Assembly (NCBI RefSeq): GCF_001194135.2
Contig: NC_068988.1
Coordinates: 31,846,774 to 31,910,773 of the forward strand
Reading direction: 5' to 3'
DNA length: 64,000 nt
Origin: Octopus bimaculoides
Lineage: Eukaryota
In this document: positions 12,693 to 25,679 of the stretch, piece after piece
Numbering within the stretch: position 1 is the stretch's first letter
Layout: each line of letters starts with the position of its first letter
The notes under the pieces: generated by a model
What the model was told of the DNA's origin: nothing
Databases searched by the model: none
Seen by the model: the letters and a program-made list of their open reading frames with translations, nothing else
Position numbers and translations under genes: made by a program

Positions 12693-14188
12693 CTCTTATA
12701 TTTTTTAATTATTATAAATCTTCAACTTAGGAGGGAGCCGGTTTCCAACAAACATACAAGGCTCCATCTTTGGGATATAGTTAACACAGACAAACTAACA
12801 TTTGGAACTGGAGAAAAGTCTTGCATATTTTTAATGTTCGACTCACAGATTGCACTTGTAATCAGCTGGTCTATTTCTCATTCTGAAAATCCCAGTTTAC
12901 CCAGATTCTCCTATAAGCATTTACTAACAAAACCTATTGCTCTAATTGTCTGGATATAGAAACTGGCGGTTTCGAAGCAGTTATCCAGAGATATCTTCTT
13001 TTTCTTAGATTTTCATAGAGATATTTATACCTGCGTTGCAGTTGTCCTCTATGATAGTACATACATTTGCCCCTGTGTCTTAAACAACAATATCCGGCCT
13101 GCTATTTCTACATGTGATAGAAGTGTTGATGAGAATATTCCATTAGTATTCCTTGAGTTGATTTTTATGAATATATTCCGCAACAAGTGATTTTCTAAGT
13201 TTACTTCAGAACAGTTGTTTTTTGCGGATGGTATTCTAAATTGTTTTAGCAACAGCATCGTGCCGCATAGGGACATAGTACCGTGATGACATTTTAGGAT
13301 TGCTGCTAATCACATTTGTGATGTTTTCCACAAAAACATGACATGGCTTACACATGCGGTTGCACTTTGTGATTACAAGAACGTCACTGTTTCTCCTGTT
13401 CACCAGACACTTTGTGGAAATCGCCTGTTTCTGGATTGCAAACGCATAGCCTTCAGAGTGTGATGTGATGTAGTGGTCTAATATCCAACAAAGCCTTGAC
13501 TTCTTGTCATTTCTTCTATTTTCTTCAAGCTTCCAGGCAACATAGCCATGCATATTCTTTTTTTGTATGCTGAGTGCTTTCTATCCGTGTCTTTCCTGAA
13601 GTAAGAGAGCCCAGCTGTTTTGAGGCTGTATAGGAGATAATCAGGAAAAGGGTTTTCGTGAGGAGTTCACTGCCAACTCGTTCAATGTTGTTTAGTAGCA
13701 ATGAATGTAGTAGGTACTTTCGCGAGATGTATGCACTTCAACAGACATGAATGAGGGATAGAGTCGAACGCCTTCTTATAGTCTAGCCATACTGGTACAG
13801 GGTTTCTATGTTTTCTTTTTTACTTCAGACATCACTTCTTTGTTTATTAAATGTTGTTCGGTACCTCCCAACAGTCCATTCTTTCCACCAGCCTGTTCAT
13901 CAGTCAAAATGTTATTGGGCTCACTATGGTTCTGGGGGAAATGGTTGGGGCAACTTGTGTACAGTTTGTACATAATATTTAGGCAAGCAATGGGACTGCA
14001 ATTTCCTGCCATCGCCGTGATTTGGTTTTTCGCAACACGATTTGTCCTTGCTGTAGCAAACGAAGTTGGTATATCAGTCTGAACTTCCGAATGGTTTCTA
14101 TAAAATGGCAGGTTCTTGTACCAAAACCTAACTATTAGTTCCCTTCCAAGTGCCTTCCTATTCTGTACTTTGCCTACTGCTATAGCGA
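12693..14188 (-). mobile_element. R4/Dong-like RLE non-LTR retrotransposon, copy B (5'-truncated, internal deletion near 13690-13720)
   Basis: PIACLNIMYKLYTS...EQAGGKNGLLGGTEQHLINK, WLDYKKAFDSIPHS and HSEGYAFAIQKQAISTK...CKPCHVFVENITNVISS...RHDAVAKTI. 12693-13687 aligns by eye with 10698-11670. Confidence 0.88.
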
Positions 14189-14240
14189 AGTGTCTTAGTG
14201 AAGAACACAACAAGATCTAACCACTGAGCCATGTGCCTTC
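14189..14240 (-). mobile_element. Truncated tRNA-SINE head
   Basis: Minus strand GTGAAGGCACATGGCTCAGTGGTTAGA...GTTGTGTTCTTCACTAAGACACT (A-box). Confidence 0.55.
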
Positions 14241-14572
14241 ACTAATATGTATATATATANNNNNNNNNNNNNNNNNNNNNNNNNNNNNNNNNNNNNNNNN
14301 NNNNNNNNNNNNNNNNNNNNNNNNNNNNNNNNNNNNNNNNNNNNNNNNNNNNNNNNNNNNNNNNNNNNNNNNNNNNNNNNNNNNNNNNNNNNNNNNNNNN
14401 NNNNNNNNATATATATATATATATATATAAGTGTCACTAAATGCGACTAGGGTGTTAGGAAACAACTATATTGCTAAGAATAAGAGCTCAACCACTCTAA
14501 TGCTGCAGATAACGCAGATCGATGATAACAGATTAACAGCCGCTATAATCGCCCGAAAAATGCTCATTGAGA

Positions 14573-14627
14573 ACTTTTAATGCTGACGCGTCAGTTTCGG
14601 CATTTTCCATTGGCTCATCAGTTAAGA
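14573..14627 (-). ncRNA. Degenerate type-I hammerhead ribozyme motif
   Basis: Minus strand TTAA CTGATGA GCCA-ATGGAAAA-TGCC GAAA CTGACGCGTCAG CA TTAA. Intact core boxes, palindromic helix III, 4-bp helix I. U16.1 is C and helix II has one mismatch. Confidence 0.65.
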
Positions 14628-14861
14628 CAGCTCGACTTCGGCTCTTTTCGGACTCCTTTCGCCATTACTATTTATGTTTTCCTCATCCAAATAATTAGAT
14701 GATTTAGCGAATCACTAGAATATTAGTCACATTTTTATATTAATTATATATATATATATATATATATCGATAGCTAAGTAGAGAGATAGATAGATACGTA
14801 AGCTTTGGATACCCTGTACATATCACTCTATGACCTATCATCTTATTCATCTTTTATGCTT

Positions 14862-15187
14862 TGCTTGTTTCAGTCATTTAATAACGGCCATGCTGGGGCA
14901 CCGCCTTGAATAGTTTATGTCCAACAAATCGACCCTAGGACTTGTTTTAGGCCTAAACACACCAACACCGTTTGCCAAATTCTGGCGGGGATAAACACAT
15001 ACACAAAAATACACACACATTCATATATATATACGATGGACTTCTTTCAGTTTCCGTCTACCAAATCCACTCAGAAGATTTTGGACGGGCTAACGTTATG
15101 GTAGAAGAAACTTGCCCAAGGTGTTCACGCAGTGGGACTGAATTCGGAACTATGTAGTTGGGAAGCAAGCATCTTACCACACAGCTC
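14862..15187 (-). mobile_element. tRNA-derived SINE, third family (CTACCAAATCCACTC / GGCCATGCTGG body)
   Basis: Minus head GCTGTGTGGTAAGATGCTTGCTTCCCAAC...TTCCGAATTCAGTCCCACTGCGTG. Body shared with 34.3, 38.2, 45.7 and 46.6 kb pieces. Confidence 0.85.
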
Positions 15188-16775
15188 CCTTTAAAATGCC
15201 TTGAAGTAATGGAATCTAGTCTACATTATCCGGATATTTATTTTACACGGCGCTTTTTTTCCCACTCGTAATGAAATGTATGAAGCTGTATGAGAGTGAG
15301 CAGAAAGGGTTTGTGTACAATCGTATTTGAGTTTATAATTAGAAAAGATTTTGTTGAAGTTGTAATATGAAGAGAAGCAAATTAACCCGTATACTTCAAC
15401 ACGTGTTTTCAACAACAAATTTTATGAATAGTGCTGTTCGTAAGTTGTACAAATATCCATGTCCACTTCGTTGAAGAGAACATGTTTAATTACAGCAGGT
15501 CAAAGCGTGGAAGACACAGCCTGAGATAAAAATACCGGGCGAATTATAGAATACTACGAATCGAAGTCGAAAATGGCAAATAAAAGCTAGGAATTCTTAA
15601 GGATACTTAAGGGCGATGTCAATTGGTTGATAAACAACATGGTTTTAAGCAAATGCCATTTAAAAATCAATTATCAAATTCAGCGTCATACGTTCCAGTA
15701 ATGACGGATAATACATTTGGTTCAAAGGGTAGATATTTACAAACACCGATATAGAATACCTAAGCAAATCTTGTATTCAACTACAAATTCAAACATTTGA
15801 AGTGACTAACACATCTCAACAGGCGGGATTTAATATGCTTATATAGTAAATTATATTTAATACATTGAGGTTAAATGTTTGAAGGCAATAAGAAAATATA
15901 ATTAGCCGCAATGATGCAGAATCAATTAGATATAATCAGTCCTCGGTGACTCGAAAGAACGAATGAAAACATAACAATAATAATATCCTTCATAACCGCA
16001 CGGCACTATCATACTATATATCACGTGTTGGCAAAGTCAAATCTAAATTTATCAAAGTCATTAGCATCTAGTCCTTTGAAAGATCAGTAAAACCCATTAG
16101 TAGCAAATCTTTCAAAGAAACGATTGAAACATACAGTAATTTCCACCCGAACATTTGAAGAAAATGAAAAGGTATTCTTCTTTGAAAGGATATCGATAAA
16201 AGGTCAAAATGGCTCATAATAATTTACATGCCAATACACAGCACAGTCGAAAAGCATTTAACGCACATACTTGCACACGCACCTCTTCTACTCAAGCCAT
16301 TCAGCAAAGACTGGCCATCAGTTGATCTTTGAACCTATCAGTGTCCATTAAATAAATAGCCAGCAAATAGTCATCTATCAGTAACGAGTCAGTTAAGATG
16401 TAGTCAATGCTCTCGCTTGAACCATATCTAGTACTCAGCTGTTATTCTCACTATGTATTCTCTTCAATTTACGCACTTTTATAAACTCATTATAAGAAAA
16501 CTAATTATTCCCTGAAACAATATACAATTTAAAAACGTACGATTTCATAGAACGAATCATGATCCGCTATGGAATTCTTAAGAATTATTTACCTGAATGA
16601 AGTGGTTAAATGATGAGACATATACGAAGTCAAAACATACAGGCCAAACAGTATTTGGGATTTGTCCCAGTGTTTCATTTATTTACTATGTTGAGACGGT
16701 ATATATATATATATATATAAATTAAGTCCAACAATTTCTATCGAAATTGTACAAACAAAAGCAATAACACCAAGA

Positions 16776-16777
<2 letters not shown>

Positions 16778-16843
<66 letters not shown>

Positions 16844-16902
16844 TAATAATAATAAGAAAACACAATAACAACAACAACAGCAATAATAATAATAATAATA
16901 AT
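16778..16902. repeat. (TAA)n/(CAA)n microsatellite
   Basis: Direct reading. Confidence 0.95.
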
Positions 16903-16904
16903 AA

Positions 16905-17755
16905 AACGTGAAAGATCACTCCATGATGAAAGTCGACTGTAATGCCTTGATCAAGGAAAAGAAGAAATTCCGGGCTGGTTGACAAAGCCTGTAGAAGGAG
17001 ACGCAGAAGTTCCAAAAATTAACTATTGTTTGATAAAATGATAATGCAAGATTGTAAACGAAGGAAACCAAATATGGGAGTGGCCTGGATTGACTATCGC
17101 AAAGCTAATGATATGACACCATTTCGTTGACCATTTAGTACTAAGATCTGTTTCGATTGCGAGGAATGTCACGTGTTTCCTAAAGAGAATCATGGTGGGA
17201 AGGAAAACTGAACTGACATCTTATGGAAAAAGCTTGCGCACCCTGGGTATGAGAAGAGGGATTTTTCAAGGTGATGGCTTATCTCCGTTGCTTTTTGTTC
17301 TCTGCATGACACCTCTGACCTTGGTAATTAGGAAAATGAACCTGGGGTACCAACTAAAGGAAACACCCGAAACAATCAACCACATCCTATTCATGGGTGA
17401 ATTGAAACTGTATGGCAAAGATGAAACAAAATTGAGTTCCATGGTGGACACGTTGCACTATTGTAGTACTGATGTTAGAATGGAATTTGGATTCTAAGAA
17501 GTGTGGAATAATCTACATGAAAAGAGGTAAGGTGCAGTCCCCAGCAGGAACAGAATTTCCGGATAGAGACTTGATTAAACGAATTGAAATGGAAAGATAC
17601 AAATACCTTGGTTTACTAGAGTTCAGCGAGATAATGGAAAAGGAAATGAAAGAGCAACTGAGGATGGAGTATTTCCGAAGATTAGGGTTAGTGTTGCGCT
17701 CAAAACGTGACTGAATGGAATAAAATCCAAGCAATTAAAACGTGGACGATAGCAT
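16905..17755 (+). mobile_element. Internal RT fragment of a second R4/Dong-like family
   Basis: EIPGWLTKP, LLFDKMIMQDCKRRKPNMGVAWIDYRKA, RRGIFQGDGLSPLLFVLCMTPL, INHILFMGELKLYGK, MEFGF*KCG, YKYLGLLE and IQAIKTW, with stops and frameshifts. Confidence 0.85.
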
Positions 17756-17756
<1 letters not shown>

Positions 17757-17809
<53 letters not shown>

Positions 17810-17860
17810 ATAATAATAATAATGATAATAATAATAATGATAATAGTAGTACTAATAATA
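17757..17860. repeat. (CTA)n grading into (TAA)n
   Basis: Direct reading. Confidence 0.95.
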
Positions 17861-19632
17861 ACGATAATTGATATGCAGTTTGAGGGTAAATAAGAGTGCA
17901 GTTTAATCATGAAGAGAAGACCAACACTCACCCCACCGGCCACGAAAAAAAAAAATGATGGAATCTGATTTGATAAATTTTCCACAAGATGATATTATCA
18001 GATTGCTGTAAAACTAACGAATGAATCTTCGAGAATTGTTGCAGTAAGATACAATGATTGAAAGTGAAATTAGAAAATCTCTAAAGAGTAGAAAAAAAAG
18101 GTTCAGAAAATATTTGATACGAGACTAATTTCAGGTAATATCGTCAAAGCCATCAATATCAAGTTTATGACAACATAGATATCAATTACTAATTCTGTTA
18201 TTTATTCCATCTATACTCTCTTAAATCTCACTGGTTTTCTGAGCCAGTGCTTAAGATGGAAGTGGTAAAGGCTGTTGAGACGTCTTAGAAGAGCGTCTGC
18301 ACGAACTTTAACCCGAGATACCTGAAGAACTCATATTGTCGCAGGAGGCACAAAGAAGTTCAGTTCCGCTCAACTCGCTCCTTCACCAGAAACGGTACAG
18401 AAAGGAAACTTAAACACAATGAAATCCGGTGTTCCAGCAGAACTTCAGGCTCTGGCCAAAACTAGTAGAAGATAAAACATATAACTATATCTGTAGTGCA
18501 TATGTATGTATGTATGTATGTTTGTATGTATGTATGTACGTATGTATGTATGTATGTATGTATGTATGTATCTATCTATCTATCTATCTATCTATAAATA
18601 CATAGATGCATATATACAAACATACATATAGATATTTATGTAAACGTATGTGAATAGGTAAACACACAAACACACAGCTCCCATTATGTACTTGTATATA
18701 TATATATATATATATATATNNNNNNNNNNNNNNNNNNNNNNNNNNNNNNNNNNNNNNNNNNNNNNNNNNNNNNNNNNNNNNNNNNNNNNNNNNNNNNNNN
18801 NNNNNNNNNNNNNNNNNNNNNNNNNNNNNNNNNNNNNNNNNNNNNNNNNNNNNNNNNNNNNNNNNNNNNNNNNNNNNNNNNNNNNNNNNNNNNNNNNNNN
18901 NNNNNNNNNNNNNNNNNNNNNNNNNNNNNNNNNNNNNNNNNNNNNNNNNNNNNNNNNATATATATTTATATATATACAGACACGCATATACGCATCTGGA
19001 GGTAAGAGAGAGAAGAGTGAGTGGAAGATGGAGAAAAAACGTGATACAAAGTCAGATATGGAGATCAGTACAACAATTCTCTGTTCACGTAGTTGAATAA
19101 TGCACATGTTGATCACATATCTGGCTAGAAATGACAAGACAGGAAGTTCCAAAATGGTTTTCCTATTTTTCTTTTTGTCAGGAAAGTACATAATATTGTT
19201 TGCGTTGCTACAGTAATGTTCGTCATACACGGATATGTAAAGTTCAGCTAGGAGTGCTTTGAGTTTCACGCCGGTGTTTTTGTTTATTTTATTTTGTTTT
19301 TTTCATTCATCTTTTTTTTTATGTGTTATATTCTGTTTTCAGAGCTTCAATGATTTGGATAATATATGAGTAAACGTTAGTGATGTAATATAAAACATAA
19401 ACAAATAAAATTGACTTTCAAATTTTGCAGTTAACACAAGCTTTACTTTTTGCCACGCAGTACATTAGCACACATGCAGGACCTGAAGAAAAAGGCTGCA
19501 TGCAAATATATATATATATATANNNNNNNNNNNNNNNNNNNNNNNNNNNNNNNNNNNNNNNNNNNNNNNNNNNNNNNNNNNNNNNNNNNNNNNNNNNNNN
19601 NNNNNNNNNNNNNNNNNNNNNTGTGTGTGTGT

Positions 19633-19669
<37 letters not shown>

Positions 19670-19691
19670 CGTGTGTGTGCTTGTGTGTGTG

Positions 19692-19726
<35 letters not shown>

Positions 19727-20779
19727 TGTATATATACATTGTATATATATATATATTGTATATACATATATATGTTTCTATGTATATATATATTATATGT
19801 ATGTATTATGTATGTATGTATGTATGTATGTATGCGTGTGTGTGTGAGTGTGTGGACAGAGAGATAGATAGATGTTATAGCAAATAAAATGTTCTAAAAT
19901 TAAACGGAAACCCACAGATGAACAAGCGGGCAATTCACACATGAAACGAGGGCGTGGCTCATTCCTCGTCAGTTATCAACCAAAATCCTCAAAATTTCAC
20001 GCCTATGACGATGACACTGTTCATCATTTTTTGTTGTTTCGTCAACGGATGGAAGCTGCTGGGAATATCGAGGGAACTTTAAGGGCAGTGACAAAAACAA
20101 ACTCGAGACAAATATGAATATAAGAACAAAATAAATATACAATATACAAACAAAATGAAGTCGTGCGACTCTAAGACCAGACGAATATATGAGTAACGTA
20201 AATGAAAGGAAAATGTTTTATTGCACTAGAAAATAAAAGGGGAAAGATCAGATGAAAACAAGAAACGGTGAAAAAACAAACTATGCTGAAGTTAGAAAGA
20301 AACGGGAGAAAGGTGGCTGAACGAACCAAATGGACAAACGAAAAGTTCACACAAGAGACAAGTACATTGTTCATTTATTTGGCGAAAAATTGTAAGCATC
20401 CTTTGGACGAAGCATGAACAACATCCGTGTCTCGTGTGTGAATTTTCTGTGTTCCTTCATTGTGTTTCACACACACACAAACACACGCACACACACAACG
20501 TCCCCACACGCACTATTGGTTCTTTGTGTTTGTATAGGTATCCCCACTGCTTGACGACAGGCTTTGAATTGTTTATATCCCCGTAACAGTGATTCCTAAA
20601 TATAAGTACTGGGATCGATTTCTTCAAATCAGTGAACGGAAAACAAAAACTAAATAATAATTACGGGGAAGTAGGCACATGCACACGCACGCATGCACGC
20701 ACACGCGCTCACACCCACACACACACACCCACATACACACACACACACGCACACACACACACCCACACATACATGTCTA

Positions 20780-21040
20780 GTCTAGTCAAATTGTGGCCTC
20801 CACTTTGGCAGGTCCTGTGCATGTGGGCCTCTGTCATTCTCGATACAATCTGGGTAGGCCCGTAACCTTCCATACCACTGTTAGCTAGACTACTGGAAAA
20901 CTGTCTGCCATGACAACACTTGGGAAGGATTCTGGAGAGGTTTGCCGTTGCCTTTACGAACAAAGTAGGATTTGAATTCAGAATGTATACAGCTGGAATA
21001 TATGCCGTAATCCATCTCCGCCGTCGCGCCAACGATTATA
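20780..21040 (-). mobile_element. Probable SINE (B-box-like GAATTCAAATCC followed by AAAGGCAACGGCAAACCTCTCCAG)
   Basis: GC-richer segment. The GGCAACGGCAAACC motif resembles RTE-associated SINE domains. Family not identified. Confidence 0.4.
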
Positions 21041-22436
21041 CTTCTCTTCTCCATGCAGAGCAACATGAATTGAAGTGTTTGGCTTATGAACAAGATACGT
21101 CGCTCGGCCTGGGGATCATACTTGAATGAACATCTCTAACTCCTGGGCCGCACACCTTCACACTCACACACACACACACGATATATATATANNNNNNNNN
21201 NNNNNNNNNNNNNNNNNNNNNNNNNNNNNNNNNNNNNNNNNNNNNNNNNNNNNNNNNNNNNNNNNNNNNNNNNNNNNNNNNNNNNNNNNNNNNNNNNNNN
21301 NNNNNNNNNNNNNNNNNNNNNNNNNNNNNNNNNNNNNNNNNNNNNNNNNNNNNNNNNNNNNNNNNNNNNNNNNNNNNNNNNNNNNNNNNNNNNNNNNNNN
21401 NNNNNNNNNNNNNNNNNNNNNNNNNNNNNNNNNNNNNNNNNNNNNNNNNNNNNNNNNNNNNNNNNNNNNNNNNNNNNNNNNNNNNNNNNNNNNNNNNNNN
21501 NNNNNNNNNNNNNNNNNNNNNNNNNNNNNNNNNNNNNNNNNNNNNNNNNNNNNNNNNNNNNNNNNNNNNNNNNNNNNNNNNNNNNNNNNNNNNNNNNNNN
21601 NNNNNNNNNNNNNNNNNNNNNNNNNNNNNNNNNNNNNNNNNNNNNNNNNNNNNNNNNNNNNNNNNNNNNNNNNNNNNNNNNNNNNNNNNNNNNNNNNNNN
21701 NNNNNNNNNNNNNNNNNNNNNNNNNNNNNNNNNNNNNNNNNNNNNNNNNNNNNNNNNNNNNNNNNNNNNNTATATACATACACACAGACATAGCTGCATA
21801 CATGCATATATATATATATATGCAGATATAACATTATTGTTCTTTCTTACGAAATATATAGAACTGCTAGAAAGCTGTGTCTTGAACCCGAGACAAAAGA
21901 TAAGGATTAAGATACAAACAGTATCAAGAATGAGATTTTATAAGGATAGCTTTCCTGAGAAAGGGGACATAGTTCACATGGCTTGTAAGATCTATTAATT
22001 TTCTTACCATGACATGAACTCTAGTAATGGCCGTTGAAAGAGAAATTCCTCCAACTGTATTATATACTTCATATACCATTTATATTTTAAAAAACACACC
22101 GATCTCTATGGATCTTTTAATTGAGATTCTTAACCGCTCTTAATTTCAGTACAGAAAATCATTTTTCACTCCTCTTTTTATCAGCCCTCTTTTTCACACA
22201 CTCCCTTCCATACGTATCCTACATGGATTTTATTTACATGTATTTTTATGTATATTTTTATTTTATAAATATTTATAAAAATATTCATATGTGTCGATAT
22301 GTATACGCATTCATATCTGTCGATATATGTATATGCACTTTCAGTCGAATTTATAAATGTATGAGTATGATTGCCTAATTTGAGTTTATACCTTAATCCT
22401 TATATATATATATCTTATGTCCGGCATTCGCCATGA

Positions 22437-22625
22437 TAGATCGCTGACCACTACATTTATATATTTTTTTCTCTTTGTTTCTCTCCTTATTTGTTTCTGT
22501 GTTCCTTTTAGTTGAACAGCGTAGCTCGAAACGTCAAAGACTTTCCCTATTCCCGAGCGTTATACTAATACATTCATTTGTTGTTTACACCACCTGTCTT
22601 CGTCTGTTGTTTTCTTCGTAAATTC
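22437..22625 (+). repeat. About 190-bp dispersed repeat with minimal hammerhead-like motif at 22505-22539 (Penelope pLTR-like)
   Basis: CTTT tagttga a CAGC-GTA-GCTC GAAA CG TC AAAG. Second copy at 48688-48862. Ends at a microsatellite. Confidence 0.65.
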
Positions 22626-22630
22626 TCTCT

Positions 22631-22682
<52 letters not shown>

Positions 22683-23496
22683 CATATATACATATATTTA
22701 TATATATACATTCATATANNNNNNNNNNNNNNNNNNNNNNNNNNNNNNNNNNNNNNNNNNNNNNNNNNNNNNNNNNNNNNNNATATATATACATGTGTGT
22801 GTGCGCGTGCGCACTAAAATGACTAGATATTTTTCCTTCTGATATTGTCACATAACTGTTTCATTTTAGCACAAAGAAAAACGCAGCAAACATATGGTAT
22901 ATAACATCCGCTTTAACATGACAAGTTAAGTACAGTGGCAAGTGTATGTGACGAAAGCCGTATATATGCTACTGCATACATAATACATATAGAATTAGCA
23001 AAAGCTTTATTATTGGCAGTAAGATAAATTTTGTATACCTTCATTTGTGTATACGTTATGTAAATACACTAAGATGCAGGAAATTCAAATATGATCTTAT
23101 TCATAGTATTCTAATATTACTTCTGTCTGCAAGATGAGCAATCAGTACATAAGTGGATCAACTAGTGGAAACTAGAAGAGTTCTTTTAGATTTGATCTTG
23201 CAAACAGACATTGCTGTTGAAACGTTGGGTCTGTTTAGAAAAAGAAGGTGAATATGTATTTATTAGACGCTTAAAAGTGAATCTATGAAAATATTTCCAA
23301 TTGATGTATGGATAGTGCCTTTCTAGTGTACACAAAGAAGACACATATATACAATTCCACAAACACGATTGTACAATTACGCACACTCACTCACACGGGC
23401 GCGCACACACGGGCACAAAGATACAATTACAGGCGCGCACATATATACATGTAATGAGTATACGTGGATATGTATACACATTTTTTCGATATCTTT

Positions 23497-23628
23497 CTAC
23501 CTACCTACCTACCTACCTACCTACCTACCTACCTACCTACCTACCTACCTACCTGCCTGCCCGCCTGCCTGCCTGCCTGCCTGTCTGCCTGCTTGTCTGT
23601 GTGTCTGTCTGTCTGTCTGTCTGTCTGT
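23497..23628. repeat. Compound tetranucleotide run (CTAC)n to (CTGC)n to (CTGT)n
   Basis: Direct reading. A similar (CTGC/CTGT) run lies at 28946-29080. Confidence 0.95.
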
Positions 23629-23811
23629 CATCATCACACTTTATGTCTGTGAGTGAGTGTACGTATAAAACGCTGATATATAATAGACATGCTGATTTCA
23701 AATTGCATACAAATGTGTAGAACTCATTTGTATTGAACATGCTGCTATGTCACAAAAAACCATTTCATTTCACTAATTACTGTCTTTATTCGCGCGACTA
23801 CACACCTGTAC

Positions 23812-23851
<40 letters not shown>

Positions 23852-24029
23852 CACACACACACACACATATACACGCACGCACGCACACACAGACACTCAT
23901 GCACACGGCCATATACGTCTATGTACACACATGTATGTATACATACACATATTGATATACATGTATAAAATAAGTGTTTGTCATCATATCTTTGTCACCG
24001 GACGCTACGCTTATGTATGTGTGTGTGTT

Positions 24030-24072
<43 letters not shown>

Positions 24073-25679
24073 TTGTATGTTATTATGTACATATAGCATA
24101 CCATCTTCGACTGTCATAGAGAGGAATCTGTTGTTTTTCTTTTGTATGCGCTTTAATAATGTACACGACTGTATCATTGATGACGTAAATTCGTCTGAAT
24201 GACATGACAGGAAGTTCTTTCATTTCCTTTTTTTGTCCAGAAACCATTCCTGCATTGTTTGTATTATTTCAGTAACTTTCATTAGATATAGTTATCTAAT
24301 GTTCAACTAGAATATTTTCCTTGCTCGTTAGTGTTTGGTTTTGTTTTCCTCTGCTATGTGAGGGTATCAACTTCAAACTTGATGAATCCTGTAGTGTTTA
24401 GATAAGTATCATCTAGTGAATGTTAATTTTCTGTTTTGTTATTGACATGTGTACAGTAAGTTTTTTACACATTTTGTTTTGATTTCGTTATCACCTTTTT
24501 CTACGTAAATACATTTGACGTCAAAATGTACAAAACAACTCTTACTTTTAAAGGAAAATATAACTGAAGAAATTTCTTTGAGGAGTAAATTCATACGCAC
24601 TGGGAGTCAAAGTAAAATTATGGAATTACGATAAAGGATGTACGACTGGAAATTGTCAAAATATTAAGAGAATTGGTCTAATATTGGAAGAGTCGTTATG
24701 GTAACAAGATATATTTAGAAAAAGTTTCGTCTCAGGTCATGGCAAATTTAATAGCACCACCTGGAAAGTACATTTAATGATATTTCACATTACTGTCATT
24801 CTTTGGGCACCATGGTCAATTGTAGTAAATAGTTATTGTTCCCAAAGATATATCCGGGTGTAGGAGGTTAATCTGGAAATTACAGGAGATATTCATCCAG
24901 AAACCGTTTGAATGTCATTAGATATTTGTCTTCTCTTATGTTCCTTGTCATGTTAAAGACAGTAGGGCCAGTTAATTTGAAACAATTCAGCCTTAGTAGT
25001 GTTATGAGACGCAATCATACTTTTTATGGAATTTGGATGACAAGGGAAACAAGACATTAGCATAGATAAAGCAACAAATACTAATCAAGAATATTAAATA
25101 TTATGAAATCTTGTGGCATATGATAAATATGATACGATATATGCAAATGGATGCACAATTATTATAATAGGAATACTAGTCAAGTGTAATATGAAGAAGA
25201 GGTCTCCTGAATAGCCCTAAATATAAATAAGGAATTTAGCAATTATGAGCCAACAGAATGATATCGCTTCTCATCTGTGTTATGAACTGTTCAGAATATC
25301 TGCAGGAAAATTGTTCCTAACAAACAAAGACTGTATGGAAAATATCACTAAAAAAATAAGTAATGAAAGAATCGCTGCTAAAATACAACGATATCACCAT
25401 TTTATAACCGTTTTCATATCTTTGAGTGTAGGGTTCTACTCAATTAGTGTGCCAGCCGTGGGGATGAGCTGTGTGGATGTTTGCTAGGTACCTTTGTGTT
25501 CGTGTTCTTCACCATGATTCGTTTTTGTGCTTGGTGTGCTGACAGTGTTGAGATAGGGAATGTAAGTGAAATCGTCCCGAATGATGGTAGATAAACATTA
25601 ACAAATGTAGCTGATTAAGCGAATGACGGAACGGTTAATCAAGCAATCGATTGAATGTTAACCATGTGAGTAATAATAA

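Noticed and set aside
19165-19375. Two strong plus-strand splice acceptors (about 19180 and 19342)
   Set aside because: Downstream frames are short with weak donors, and such signals are common in AT-rich introns. Not supportable without transcript data.
23190-23235. AACAG-ACATTG-CTGTT GAAA CG TT motif, and a similar minus-strand motif at about 31990-32030
   Set aside because: The CUGANGA box is unrecognisable or truncated, and no second copy in the window supports a consensus.
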